Source: Welwitschia mirabilis (Eukaryota). Taken from it: a stretch of DNA of 36,523 nt. The stretch is from the NCBI GenBank assembly GCA_051453625.1, contig JBOZIK010000001.1, positions 12,571,634-12,608,156 on the forward strand. Direction: 5' to 3'. Shown here piece after piece: positions 12,258 through 24,528 of this stretch; positions within the stretch are counted from its first letter, which is position 1; each line of letters opens with the position of its first letter. The translations under genes were made by a program, and so were the position numbers. Below the pieces are notes generated by a model. The model was not told where the DNA came from. It did no database searches and saw nothing but the letters and a program-made list of their open reading frames with translations.

Positions 12258-13394
12258 GCCCCGTATGCATAGAGCTAGATAGTTTGAGGCTAAGGCCAAA
12301 GATATTATGTACGAGGCAAGTTCATTATTTCTACTAGAGGTACAGCACGTGGAGCTCGTGCATCCTCCACCTTGACATGGAAGATCTCTTACTATTCAGG
12401 CTGCTACTATCCATGTTGAGAGATATTTTGGATACTTCATAAGCTAGTTGGAGATATAGATCAATTATAGGCTTACTCATTTAAAGCTCAACTGATTTTA
12501 GATGTGTATGGAGCATATTATATTTCAGAGACCAGGGAGTTTTATGACACCATGCATATTAAGCCATATCCTGATGCTTGTGAACACCTTATAGATATGA
12601 TTATAGCTACCATTTGGGAATACAAGATAGTAGTACTCCCAAACCACATTACCAATGTGACAAAGCTAGGTGGTATTGGCAGTCTTCACATATATTATGC
12701 TAGTGATATAAAGAAGTGTCATACATATGACACAACATTAGATATTCTAACAGACTTGAGATTGAATAGGTAGGGTATTCTAGTGATACAATTCACCCCT
12801 CCCTATAGGGTTGTGCACAGAGGGCTAATTTATAATATTAGTTCATCTTTTTATGATAATCACATCATGGTAGCTCATTTATAGATATTAGCAGTATTCA
12901 GGCAGAACGAGCAGATGGACTTGCCTACTTTTATATGAAGGAGATTCAGGTCCATGGTTGAGGCATGACAGTTGCAAAGTCTGGGATATCCATGCCCTCT
13001 TCTCAATCATGTTTCGACAGTTCTAGATACCAGAGCTCATAAGCGAGTACTACTTTATGCATATACAGACTTTAGCTTGCTATTTATAGGACATGAATAT
13101 ACAAGTACCAGGAGAGGAAGAGGGACCTTAGATCCAAAGACCTATGATTCAAGTTTTATTAAAGCAGATCCAAGCCCTCCTGATAGAGACCACTGAGACC
13201 ATTAGGGTTTCATTGATAGAGGTATCTTGATGCTTAACCAAAGGATCCAGACACTTAAGTAAAGAATCTATACAATTGAAAGGAGAGTGTAGCACTCTAA
13301 GGAGTAGCTAATGGACATATGTTAGTGTGTCCTATCTATTAAGCAGAGTGCGCTAGTCGATCTTCTAGAGCAGTTTGTGTGTATAGGAAGATGA
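12258..13394 (+). pseudogene. Athila accessory ('env-like') ORF, second copy, degenerate
   Basis: Basic/Ser-rich N-terminus (RGTARGARASST), then GAYYISETREFYDTM, IATIWEYKIVVLPNHI and MDLPTFI...QSLGYPCPL. The terminal ggaagaTGA is shared with copy B. ORF-track pieces are 12504-12773 and 12972-13196. Confidence 0.75.
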
Positions 13395-14063
13395 GATACT
13401 TCATTTCATTTTTAAATCATTGAATCTCTATTTTTCTATGGATCCTAAGCACCCTCCTTCTTCTCCTCCTACACCTAATCCTTCTGTCCATACTGAGTTC
13501 ATCATGAGGCGATGAGGGGAGTGATTTACTTATGTTGTATTTTGTATCTTCCCCTCCATGTATATTGTACTTAAAACTCATATTATACAATCTCATTTTG
13601 AGTATCAGCATGGTATTCATTATTATTATTGGATTTCATTCCTATCTTTCTTTTCACATATCCTTTTTACATTTCACGATGAGGTTTGATTATATTTTCC
13701 ATGATTATTTTCTTCATTTACTATACATTTCAGTAAGGGACTATTGATTAATCAGCATATTTATTAATTATTTGTCTGAAAATTTCTATCATAGGTTTCT
13801 TTTTTCCAAGAATAATTTTTGAGCCTTTCGTTTCCCATATCATCCAGATGACGACCTAGATGACAGTATGGCCAGTACATTACACAAATAAAATGTTCAG
13901 TTTTTTGATTTTAACAATTATGTTTATATCTTTGAGATTTATGAAATTTCTTTTTGAGATCATTTTTCAATGCCTTATTATTTTTATTAGTAGTAAAGTT
14001 AGCTCACGATTATGGTTAATCACCTAGTTTTATTAGGGAGTGATAAGGCTAAGTGGGTGGCTA

Positions 14064-15320
14064 TGTTGCACTCCAACTTGTATGTATTTGATAGGGTATT
14101 TTGAGTAGTTTTACAGGATATTAAATAGGTTTATGCTAGATTTCTATGACAATTGAGAGCTAATATGAATGATACGAAAACATTCAATCTTCATTACATT
14201 TTATAGCATTTTAAGCAGTTTACAATATTTCCTATTTGAAGTAACTTCTTGCAAGCATTAAGTCTAATGCAATACATGAAGAACTATTAAAATGCCTATC
14301 ATCCACTTCACTATCTAGATGATTGTATGGATGATTGAACACTTAAGCCAATGATGATACTGGTTGGAATTAATCTGGCAGATGATATGGAATTCTTATA
14401 AGATGGCATCATCTCATGTATCATTCAAATGAACAGGATGATTCCTAAAATAATGCTTCACCAAACTTCACCTAAATTTAGCCATNNNNNNNNNNNNNNN
14501 NNNNNNNNNNNNNNNNNNNNNNNNNNNNNNNNNNNNNNNNNNNNNNNNNNNNNNNNNNNNNNNNNNNNNNNNNNNNNNNNNNNNNNNNNNNNNNNNNNNN
14601 NNNNNNNNNNNNNNNNNNNNNNNNNNNNNNNNNNNNNNNNNNNNNNNNNNNNNNNNNNTTATTATTGTAGAGAGACGTCTTTCTTGGTGTTGGGCTGTGC
14701 ATCCTTCATTAAGGTGCTGCTACTTTGTAACGTGGATGTTTGTTTGAATCTAATTCAAAGAACTCTTTTCTATTTCCATATCTATATTTTGTGCATAACC
14801 CTTATAGTTTATGTTACTTTTGATTCTGTGATAGCTTCTTTAGTGATATAGATTATGAGGGCAACCTTTGTTAAGGTTGAGAATTATTAGTTTAGGTGCA
14901 TTATATTTTCTTTCCTAGATTAACTTTATATGATTTTCATATTCTGTTCGATGTACCTAATAGCTTAGGTTGATCTTGATCTGGTGATGACATTTTTGAT
15001 TGATTTGGATTATATAGGGTCGATCTCTATGACAGGTTGATTGAGTAATTAGAAGAAAGTTGCACTCAGCTTATATTTGCATTCATTTTCATAAGTGTGT
15101 TGCATTATTATTTTTTACATTGCATTTGATTTCTACTTTAAAGATACATTGTATTTTATTTCTTGAAATCAATTCTTGCTCTTCTCACCTATGCCTTCAA
15201 TGAGAATATGACATTTGGGTCATTCCATCTATATTAGTATGTTGTATTGTGCAAAACCTATATTTATTTGTGAATGACAAGATCTTGTTAAGAACGTATC
15301 ATTTACAAAAATATGCATCA
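14064..15320 (+). mobile_element. 3' LTR of Athila copy C (contains 173-N gap)
   Basis: It starts TGTTGCA right after the purine-rich pre-LTR motif and ends TGCATCA (6/7 inverted match). Its start matches 4432 and 8532. No PBS follows. Confidence 0.8.
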
Positions 15321-15351
15321 CAATAATTACTTTAATTTTTTTGTATTTTTA

Positions 15352-18018
15352 ATGGCTAATTCTATAAATAATTTAATGAGAACAATCTTTTATTAAACCC
15401 CTGTCTAAATAATTTAATAAGGATTACACAATGCATTCTTTCTAGATTATGAAACCTTAACAACTTAATCTTGAAATCATAAATACTTTTTTGTTTAAAA
15501 GTACCAAAACTCTCTAAGCAATCTCTAAGAAGAGTGGTTTGGTTCCTTATTTGTCTGTCTTTGTTTGTATCCACATAATAAATATAATCATATCTAATAA
15601 AATAGAGATAACATTTATCTCACCTCTCCTAATAAAACCTTGAAATCTTTAGGATAACCAAAATTTTACTCATGCCTTCTTTTCCTAAATTTCATATTCT
15701 TAATTTATAATAATCTTCTAAATATCTCCATGAGTTTAAAGTTATCACATTAATGATTTCATAATTAGGTAACTAAGATAATGTGATTAAGATGAAACTT
15801 TTTTTCTTAAAAGAAAAATCTTATCTACACTCCTTAAAACCTTTGTCAATTTGATTATGAACATATCTCAACAATGAATTTTTAAAGAAATACCTTCTAA
15901 CACATAAAAATTATAAGTGTTTAAGTATTTTAAGGATTTATTAATGCAATATTTCTGATATTTCTTTAAAGCATGGATAAATATATTTTCTTTCTTTTTT
16001 ATTTTAAATGAAGATTTAACAACAAAAAAATAGAAAACTTATTAGACTTATGACTAAAGGAACTTTCACATCTAAAGGATCTAAAGTATATTAGGATACA
16101 TTAGAATATATAGTTGAAAATCTAAAAGTTGTAAGAGGACATTTAAATCCAAAAACATATCTAAGAAAAATTAAGCATCTGATAGAGCTATATTTCAAGG
16201 TATTTACAAAGTTGATGATGAGTCCTATGTGCGTAAAAAAATTAATACCTTAGCAAAAATATTTGAACAACTTGAAAAATCTAAATAGAATAAGTCTGGT
16301 AAAGCCTTTATTTATGTTAATTATACTTTTGATGAATAGCAAACTAGTGAATGTCCTTTTATTCCTATTTACCAAGATGTAGAAGCTAAATAAATGCATA
16401 GTTTACAAGTTGAAAGATCATTATCTATTCCACAACAATTTCCCTTTCCCATTAGAGGTGCATACAATCTAAAATAAAGAAATCTTCATAGATTTTCTTA
16501 TAGAACTCAAAAAAATGAAGAATCTACTTTACAAAAGTTATAAAATGTTTACATAATCCATTAGAAAATGTTTTAGAAAGTTCATCAAAGTTTAAACTAC
16601 AACCAATAACAAACAGGTTGAGATTGAAAACCAAATAACACAACCTCTTTAACATTTAGAAGAAGAACTAAATTAATACATTGATACTACCTTCAACGTG
16701 TTTTTCTTATTTTAAAAAAAAAAAAAAAAAAGATAAGCTTCCGATTCAACCTATACCTAATCCAAAAGAAGTCACATATTTAAATGTAAAGGTGAAGTAA
16801 GAGGTGTTAATGCTATTTTTCTTAGAAGTGATATGAAAGTTAATGAAAAGATTTAGCAACATATAAAATGACCTTCTACATGTAACCTCACCCAAAACTT
16901 GGGCTTAAAAAAACTAATTTAGATGATGAAAAAAGACACAAACATAACAAACCTAATAAATCCCCATTTCCTTGATGTTTATTACCTATGGATATGATAC
17001 AACTTAGGAACATAAAATCTAAACATTTTTAAAGAAGTAAATATTAATATTTTACTTTTAGACTCTATTAATTAAGTACATTTCTATGTAAAATTCCATA
17101 AAGGCATGTGTATGATGAAGAATAAAATGAATCTAAATAAGAATGTTTTTCTAGCTTAATAAATTAGTGCTACTATTTAAAATGAACCTCTACCTAATTT
17201 TTGAGATTTGGTTTCCAAACTATCTTTGGCATCATTAGAAATAATATAATAGATAAAACATTAGTATATCTAAAAGTTAGCACGAACTTAATGTAATATT
17301 CATTTTGTAAGAAACTTGGATTAAAAGGACTAAAGAAAACAAGGATAAATTTAGAAATTTTTTATCATTTAATAAAATATCCTAGAGAAGTAGTAAAAGA
17401 TATTTTAATTTAAGTTAATAATTGTAACTTCCTTATAGATTTTATTGTTTTATAAATGGAAGATAATCCTCAAGGTTTTCCACTTCTTTTGGGTAGACCA
17501 CTCCTTGTTACTTTCAACTCTTTACTCAACTATAGGAATGGCATAATTAAGATGCTACTTTCAACGCTTTAATTACCTATACTAATGATGTAATTAAGAT
17601 GTCATCAGATAATATGAACACAAAGTTAAAAGTTTTTAATGCTGTAAAAGAAAAATCATTGAGATGATATTGAAGATATGGAATTAGTTAAAAATATTGA
17701 TAATGATCATTCTAAGTTTTTATTTTCTATTAAGAGTTACCATTTATTTAATCCACATGAAGAATTACCACTTGCTTTATATAAAAATATAAATATGAAG
17801 CATTATGATGGTAAGAGAGATTTGAATCTTTTCTATGTTTATCATTAAAACAACTTTCTAGTGAAGAGTGTAATCCAAATGTTGATACTATACCTCTTAT
17901 TGAAAACTTAAAGTATGTATTTTTAAAAGATAACAACCTATTGTTAGTTATTATAACATAAAACCTTACATATTTCCTTTTTACATTAGAAGGAACTTTA
18001 TGTTATTAACTTAAAAAA
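15352..18018 (+). pseudogene. gag-pol: Athila copy D gag and aspartic protease, degenerate
   Basis: Motifs: PKFH..LHEFK, IKMKLF..LKEK..LHSLKP..EFLKKY, KLPIQPIPNPK, FKEVNINI, KTLVYLKVSTNLM (cf. ALLDLGASVNLM), DFIVL*MED..PLLLGRP and LKYVFL. Confidence 0.9.
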
Positions 18019-18306
18019 TATAGGAATTATATAAGCTTCATGTTATTTTAGGATTTTGTATTAAGCGTAAATGCTTTGAAAGGGAAAATAGGATTTCCTA
18101 TGAGATGTGGTCATGATTAGAATCATTTTGCATTCTTGTTTATGGATTTTAAGTTAAGCTAGAGGAGTGACATATATTTCTTATAATTTTAAGTTTATAG
18201 TGGATTTAATAAAGCTCTCTAATAGTTTAAAGAATTAGAGTAAAGCAGTTCAACATTGTTATATCAATTTTTTCCCTTGTTATATTATTTGCTTATTTTC
18301 CAATAG

Positions 18307-18318
18307 TGGAATTAGAGC
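18307..18318 (+). promoter_or_regulatory. Degenerate tRNA-iMet primer binding site
   Basis: TGGAATTAGAGC vs canonical TGGTATCAGAGC (10/12), immediately after the LTR end. Confidence 0.75.
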
Positions 18319-18329
18319 ATAACTAGGGT

Positions 18330-20325
18330 TTGTTGATGATTTTGACCTCTTTGAAGTAAAGCTTATCAAAGAAATGATAAAAACAAGACAAGACTAAGTG
18401 TAGCTGAGCATACTGAGTGAGCAAAGAAATTAAGTGGAGTAAAGAAAATTAAGGAAAAAACTTTGTAGGTCATCAATATAATCCTGCCATAGTATTATTT
18501 CATTTGTACAAACAAAGATGGGGTACTTATAGAGAACACACATGTTGGTTAGAGTGGATAAGTAGGGTAGCTATAAAATCCTTTTAAAATATCCTACTAA
18601 AGCTATAATGACATTGTTATATAATTTAAAGATGAAGTGACCATGACTTTTACATTATTTCATGTAGATTAGTTAAATAATATCTAGACAAAGAATGGGA
18701 TAAGCTTAATAGGAAAGCACTAAGACTAATTTGTCCTTATCTCAGAAGTCAAATACTAAATGTATTTAAAGGCGTTATGGAAGCTCACATGCTTTTTAAA
18801 ACTCTGAACATACCATATGTCTAGTCCATCAGAATGAGTAAATTTTACATTATTAAAATGACTTTAGAGTTAAGATGAAAGAAGAGATCTTAGTATAAAG
18901 TCACTTAAATGAGATGAATATGATATTTTCTCAAATCAATGATTTAGACATAAAACTTGGATAAGATATCAGAGTAATGGCTACATTTAGCTCACTACTA
19001 GATTCACGAGAGATGGTTTCTACTCCTTGATAGTTCCCACAAAAACTCTATCATTAATCAACATAGTTATTTCTAAGTAGTTAGTCACAAAAAAGACTAA
19101 GACAATGAACTATAATCATAAGGATCAACATATTTATTTCTAAGGTACTAGTTGCAAAAAAGACTAAGATAGTGAACTATAATCATGAGGATCTTATTCT
19201 TAAGAGAGGACTTTCTCATAATAGAAGTAAAGAACATAGACAAAGAAAAAATAGAGGAGCTTCTTGAGGTAGGAACTTCAAGTGTTGATTTTGTAGAAGA
19301 AGGTTCATATGAAAATGGATTGTTATATCTTTAAAAAGAATAACAAGAAGAATGTACTAAGGGATAAGTTAAAAGAATCTATTAGCTCAGACCAAACAGA
19401 TGGAGATGCAAGTTTGACATTTATTTTCTTATATGTGGTGGCCAATGTAACCCAACATTTAGAATAGATTAGATACTATAAAGCAATGCTTCTTTTTGTA
19501 CTTGTTCAAACCATAAATGTTTTAGTTATTCCAAAGCATTTTATGCTAAAATAGTTCATGTTGCAAATAGTAGAGATTTCCAAATTAAGAGTATTAGCAT
19601 GGTTATGTTGAAAAATAGAATGATTAACAAATAATAGTAAGGAATCTTAAGCATGTTTAAGAAATCACTAAGAATCCACAATTTTAATAAGTAAAGATAC
19701 AATCTTTTATTTGCTAATGGTGCATTAAATATCACTAAGAGATCTATGATGGTTATGAAAGAATTCAAAGAGAATTAAGGTATATTGTATGTCTCTTAGT
19801 GGTATGAAAAAGGAAAAGTTTGTTACTATTATAGAACATTCCAACTTCTAGCATAGCTATTTAGGGAATATTGGATAAATCAAACTAAAGGTGTTTCAAT
19901 CTAAATATATTATGCCTTTATCTGTTTTTATTAATTTTAATTTTTGTAAGGATCATGAAGTTGAAAAATGACGCAGTAATAGTTTTAAAAGAAATGAACA
20001 TCTTAGAAATTGTATTAAATTAAACTCATTTAATCTAACATAATTGGTTTTATTAATTCCTACTCTCTCACTATCTTGTAATACTTTGTAATATTTATTA
20101 AGGATTCTAGTTATAAACTTTGAATCTATTATATCAAATCAAAAGACATAATACTTTATGTTTTTTAGTAGTTTTCTTTTTGAGATTAAAATTTAGACAT
20201 GGAAAAAAGTTAAAATATCCTTATAGATAATGAAGTTAAATACATCTCACATGTCTTCTTTAATTTTCCAAAGGAAAGAGAATTATATGTAAGTGTTTGC
20301 ATGCAAAAATTGACATTCTAAGCAA
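18330..20325 (+). pseudogene. gag-pol: Copia gag, zinc knuckle, protease, GAG-pre-integrase and N-half of integrase, degenerate
   Basis: SHLNEMNMIFSQINDLDIKL..ATFSSLLDS (UBN2-type gag), C*FC...HMKMDC knuckle at ~19280, ASFCTCSNHKCF, FIKDSSYKL*IY and KKLKY..DNEVKY (cf. RTDNGGEY). Confidence 0.8.
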
Positions 20326-21055
20326 GCATAATTAATCAATTTAACATAGAGACATGTTTTCATGAGATTACAAGTTTTCCACTAACATTATCAAGTATAT
20401 TACTATCTTCTGAAGAACATATCAAATGATAAAATAAATCCAGCAAATAACATTGACATCATCATTAGGACTACCAGCACTATCGGCCTTATGAGAAAAC
20501 ATAACAAAGATCTCACCTTCTTGTACTTATTTGGTAAATTAATCACTTTATACTTATGGACTCAGTCAAATAAAAATTAAATTTAATATTTAACTCTAGC
20601 GACACATGGTGAAAGTACAAATTAACATGTCGCAGTGACATATGACACAATGAGGATGATCGAGGTGAATATACATAACATGGCATTTGTCGACAACATC
20701 ATCAATAGCCAAAAGACACGTCATTATCATGCTTGCACTTGAAGACAAAGGAATATTCTTTATGACTACATTTCAAATGTTTGTAACTTCCTTATTAAGT
20801 AATTACCCATGTGGTAGATGATATTATGCCTCCACATCGAGCCTTAATGGCTTGGTGAATTAGTGCATGTTTCAGAATACCAGAATTATTAGAGCAAAGA
20901 TGGAATAAAGGAGTGAATTAATTAGACCTTTGGAGTAGTTCATTCCCTTGCATTTTTAGCTGAAGATCATTTTATTCATATACTTGTTGATTTTCTTTTG
21001 TTTGAATTTTCATTGCAAGTTAGAATAACCTTGTTTCTTTTGATTAAGTTACCTT

Positions 21056-24000
21056 TATAGGTTTTAAACCCTCATATGTAGTGGAGGCTCAAAACTGGGA
21101 GAAAGTCCTAGGGAGCAAGAAGGATCTCCAATGAAATTAGCTCAAATATTTTATTAACATTGAATTAATTTATACAACAAAATTTTTCATACTTGGCCTT
21201 AACTAAATCCTAACTTATGGATCCACATCCCAATAAATTTGGATCTCAACTAACCCCAAATTTAAAATAACATGTACCTAAAATAAAACCCAACAATCCC
21301 CTTCTTAATGTAAAGTCTAAAAAACATGAAGGACTTAGACATTACATAATTTCTAGAATATTTCTCTAGCATATCATTAAGGCACCAGGAAAAAACACCA
21401 AGCTTCAAACCAACAAGGGAAGCATTGAGCTATGGAATTATGTAACTTTAAGGAATATTTCCTTCGAGTGATCTTCCTAGATGAATCTACACCCTTCATC
21501 CTACATAACTTCAAAGAAGACATCCTCTGAGTGGTCTCCTCAAATAATCTGCATACCTTGCTTGAAATCATGGGACATACCCAATACTTCAAATGGGATA
21601 CATCCAACACTTCCAATGGGACACACCCAAAAATGGGACTAACCTAAATACAAATGGGACTAACCAAACAATGTTTATATAAAATAATATTACAAGAAGT
21701 ATCCCATACCACTTATTATAGCATCATTTTACATAAAATTGCATATCACATAAATTGGTTGGGATAAGTCCTCAACCTAACTTTCACTTAATCAACCCAG
21801 GAGTTGGTNNNNNNNNNNNNNNNNNNNNNNNNNNNNNNNNNNNNNNNNNNNNNNNNNNNNNNNNNNNNNNNNNNNNNNNNNNNNNNNNNNNNNNNNNNNN
21901 NNNNNNNNNNNNNNNNNNNNNNNNNNNNNNNNNNNNNNNNNNNNNNNNNNNNNNNNNNNNNNNNNNNNNNNNNNNNNNNNNNNNNNNNNNNNNNNNNNNN
22001 NNNNNNNNNNNNNNNNNNNNNNNNNNNNNNNNNNNNNNNNNNNNNNNNNNNNNNNNNNNNNNNNNNNNNNNNNNNNNNAAAAAAAAAAAAAGGAAAAAAA
22101 AACATCAAGCTACAAACAAACAAGGGAAGCACTAAGCTATCAAATTATGTATCTTCAAGGAAGATTTCCTTCAGGTGATCTTCCCAGATAAATCTACACC
22201 CTTCATCCTATGCAACTTTAAAGAAGACATCCTCCGAGCGGTCTTCTCAAGTAATCTACATACCTTGCTTAAAATCATGGAACACACCCAAACTTCAAAT
22301 GGAATACACCCAAAAAAGGGACTAGCACAAGTAATTTTTATATAAAACAATATTACAAGAAGTGTTTCATACCACTTCTTATAGTATCATTTTATATAAA
22401 ATTGCATATCACCTAAATTAGTTGGAACAAGGCCCCAGCCTAGATTTCACTTAATCAACCATACACTTCGCTTCAGTTAGTGGGAGTTGGTAAATTTTAT
22501 CTTATAAAATATAATATTTATGCCCCTCTCAAAGAATAATTCCTTTTATAATAATATTTCTACAAAACCATATTAATAACTTGATCTCCCTTGACCAATA
22601 TCATTTTTTTAAAATACTCCCATTTAACATCATAAAAGGGTAATTTTCATATGATGTTACCCTTAAAGGCTTATCCTAATCTCACATCATTACACAATGC
22701 TACACGTTAGCCTCTCTTAGTGCATCATACTCCAACGTGTAGGTGAACAAAAGTAGCAATGTCATCAATGCAGTCCTGTCCTTCTCAGTTGATGGATTGC
22801 ACCATGGTTGATTCTTCATCCCACCAAGATCATCTGATAGGACCTCTTTTCAAATTTCTGATATCCCTATCCCTATGTTTGATGTCTTTGTTCAAGTCTT
22901 TGTTTGAAACTGCTAGACACATACTTGAAGCACTGCCGGTGGAGCTCATAGCATTAAAGATATCATTAAAATCCTAAAAAAAAAATGCTTCTTGCTTTTT
23001 GTCAAATAAATGCTAGATGTCAATCAAGAAGATGACAAAAGAAATGCAGGATTACTCCATAATATTGTATTGAATTCTGATTTATAAATAGGCAAATTGG
23101 ACTGAAACATCGTAACATAACCCTCATCAAGTTCAACAGCAACTAGCCTATTGGGATTGCAGGTAATTAAGACATGATTTTACTTGTCTAAAGTCCTGAG
23201 AAGAATGTAACCTTTGATTTCTTTTAAGCTAATCATCTAGTTTTGGACTTATAGAAGATTGATCCAGCATTTTGAACTAACTCTGCACTCAAAGTTCATA
23301 TTATCTTCCATGAGAACAACAAGGACAATTTTTCCTTTTCTCATCATATTGTATGTCTTGAATTGTTCCATGATATCGAATGCATATGTAATGATGCACA
23401 ATCCGTTAAGACCTCTACAGGTGCCATTACAGATGGTCATTATTCTAAGATCCATAGATACAACTTCATTCTCTTCATTTTCTTTCTATAGAGTGTTTTA
23501 TAGAATGTTGTTTACCAACTTGACTTCGAAGAATTGGAGTCTAAAAATCTCTAGTTCTGGTTAATTCAACTTCTATTCAAACTTTAAAAAGATTACTATT
23601 TCATAGCTAGAAAATGAGGGTCTTACAAGAATGAAGGCTGGAAAGCCAATCTCGAACGCAAAGGGTTTGGAGAGAAGTGTCAGTACTCAAAACGTGCAAA
23701 GAATGGCCATGGAAACTTCGATATGATGGAAACAAACTCCAAATACATGAATTCTAGCATAGACTTGATTCTCTTCAGGTGGATTTAGATGCATCCAAAA
23801 GCTAGTATAAACTTGTCCACAGACTATATCAAAAAAAAACATGATGCACACATTCGCCAAAGTCTGTAGTGAAGGCACAAGATATGATGCCCTAGTATTA
23901 GGCCATGTATGATAAATATCCGCTATGAAATCTTAAATACAAGTAGGTTTTGATCAAGAGGGCCTATGGAACTTCAAATGTTAGCCCCTCAGTTATGCCA

Positions 24001-24442
24001 CTAGTTTAGAACCTAGCATAAATAATGCAAATAGCAGAAACCCATGATCACTTTATAAAGCCTCCCATGCTTGCAATAAATCTCTCTGTTTCTATGTATT
24101 TCTCATCTATAAAAAAAATAGAATTGGAAAATGTAGCTTCTTTAGCCCCATTCAAAAGTGTTGTAATCATCTAAAAAATTGCCAGGTTTTGCTCTAATAC
24201 CATTTGTGGATTTTAGACCCTTATGCATAGTGGAGGCCCAAAACCGGGAGAAAGTATGAGGGAGCAAGAATGATCTTCAACAAAATCAGATCAAATATTT
24301 TATTAACATTGAATTAATTTACACAACAAAATTTTCCATATTTGACCTTAGTTAACTTCTAACTTATGGATCCACATCCCAATAAATGTGAGTCTAAAAT
24401 AACCCTAACTTTAGAATAACATGCACAAAATAAAACCCAACA
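21056..24442 (-). mobile_element. Structurally complete non-autonomous LTR retroelement (TRIM/LARD-like), ~240-bp LTRs at 24205-24442 (5') and 21056-21295 (3')
   Basis: LTRs are ~84% identical by hand count. On the minus strand the PBS TGGTATTAGAGC is at 24191-24202 and the PPT TTAAGAAGGGGAT at 21296-21308. TSD is ACCTT/ACATT (21051-21055 / 24443-24447). No recognisable gag, RT or INT motifs inside. Confidence 0.92.
21388..22492. repeat. Diverged internal direct repeat (~400 bp visible, ~710-bp period) flanking a gap
   Basis: 21388-21808 aligns with ~22097-22492 (caacaagggaagca..., aatctacacccttcatccta..., aaattgcatatcac...). The first copy has five short (a)atggga units at ~21570-21668. Confidence 0.85.
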
Positions 24443-24528
24443 ACATTCTACATCCCCGTGGAAGAATGATATCAAGTGTTTCACTTAGTTTGAATTCAGA
24501 TTACTATTATATTTTGATTAGTAAGCAT

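Larger units (their letters stand above)
8667..15320 (+). mobile_element. Athila copy C: integrase, non-coding region, accessory ORF, PPT and 3' LTR
   Basis: Domain order is INT - long non-coding region - extra ORF - pre-LTR motif (gggagtgataaggctaagtgggtgg) - LTR. This is the canonical Athila organisation. Confidence 0.9.
20330..24523 (+). mobile_element. Solo LTR of the family seen at 1-1109, inserted in copia integrase and itself interrupted at 21056-24442
   Basis: 20809-21055 joined to 24448-24523 reproduces 788-1109. The copia integrase breaks at the GI.RH-equivalent (~20325) and resumes at PQ*NEVA (24535). Candidate TSD is AGCAT (20325-20329 / 24524-24528). The left boundary is uncertain by ~10 bp. 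Confidence 0.75.

Noticed and set aside
6748..13394. Accessory ORF as a true retroviral envelope
   Set aside because: No evident signal peptide, cleavage site or transmembrane anchor in the readable fragments; 'env-like' is a positional label only.
14064..15352. LTR shared between Athila C and D (tandem element)
   Set aside because: There is no PBS after 15320, the LTR ends only ~30 bp before gag, and the C and D integrases are clearly different subfamilies. Insertion of C into D's leader is simpler.
8521..22178. ORF-track entries at 8521, 8558, 14429, 14478, 21755, 21788 and 21804
   Set aside because: They are open only because they run through N gaps.
22640..22900. Copia RNase H tail on the minus strand of the small element
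   Set aside because: Only a faint resemblance (ALREANV*H...); the diagnostic TKHI..HFIR and ADIFTK motifs are not recoverable.
21056..24442. Retrozyme or Cassandra-type TRIM
   Set aside because: No hammerhead core (CTGANGA...GAAA) or 5S rRNA-like boxes were visible in the LTRs on either strand.
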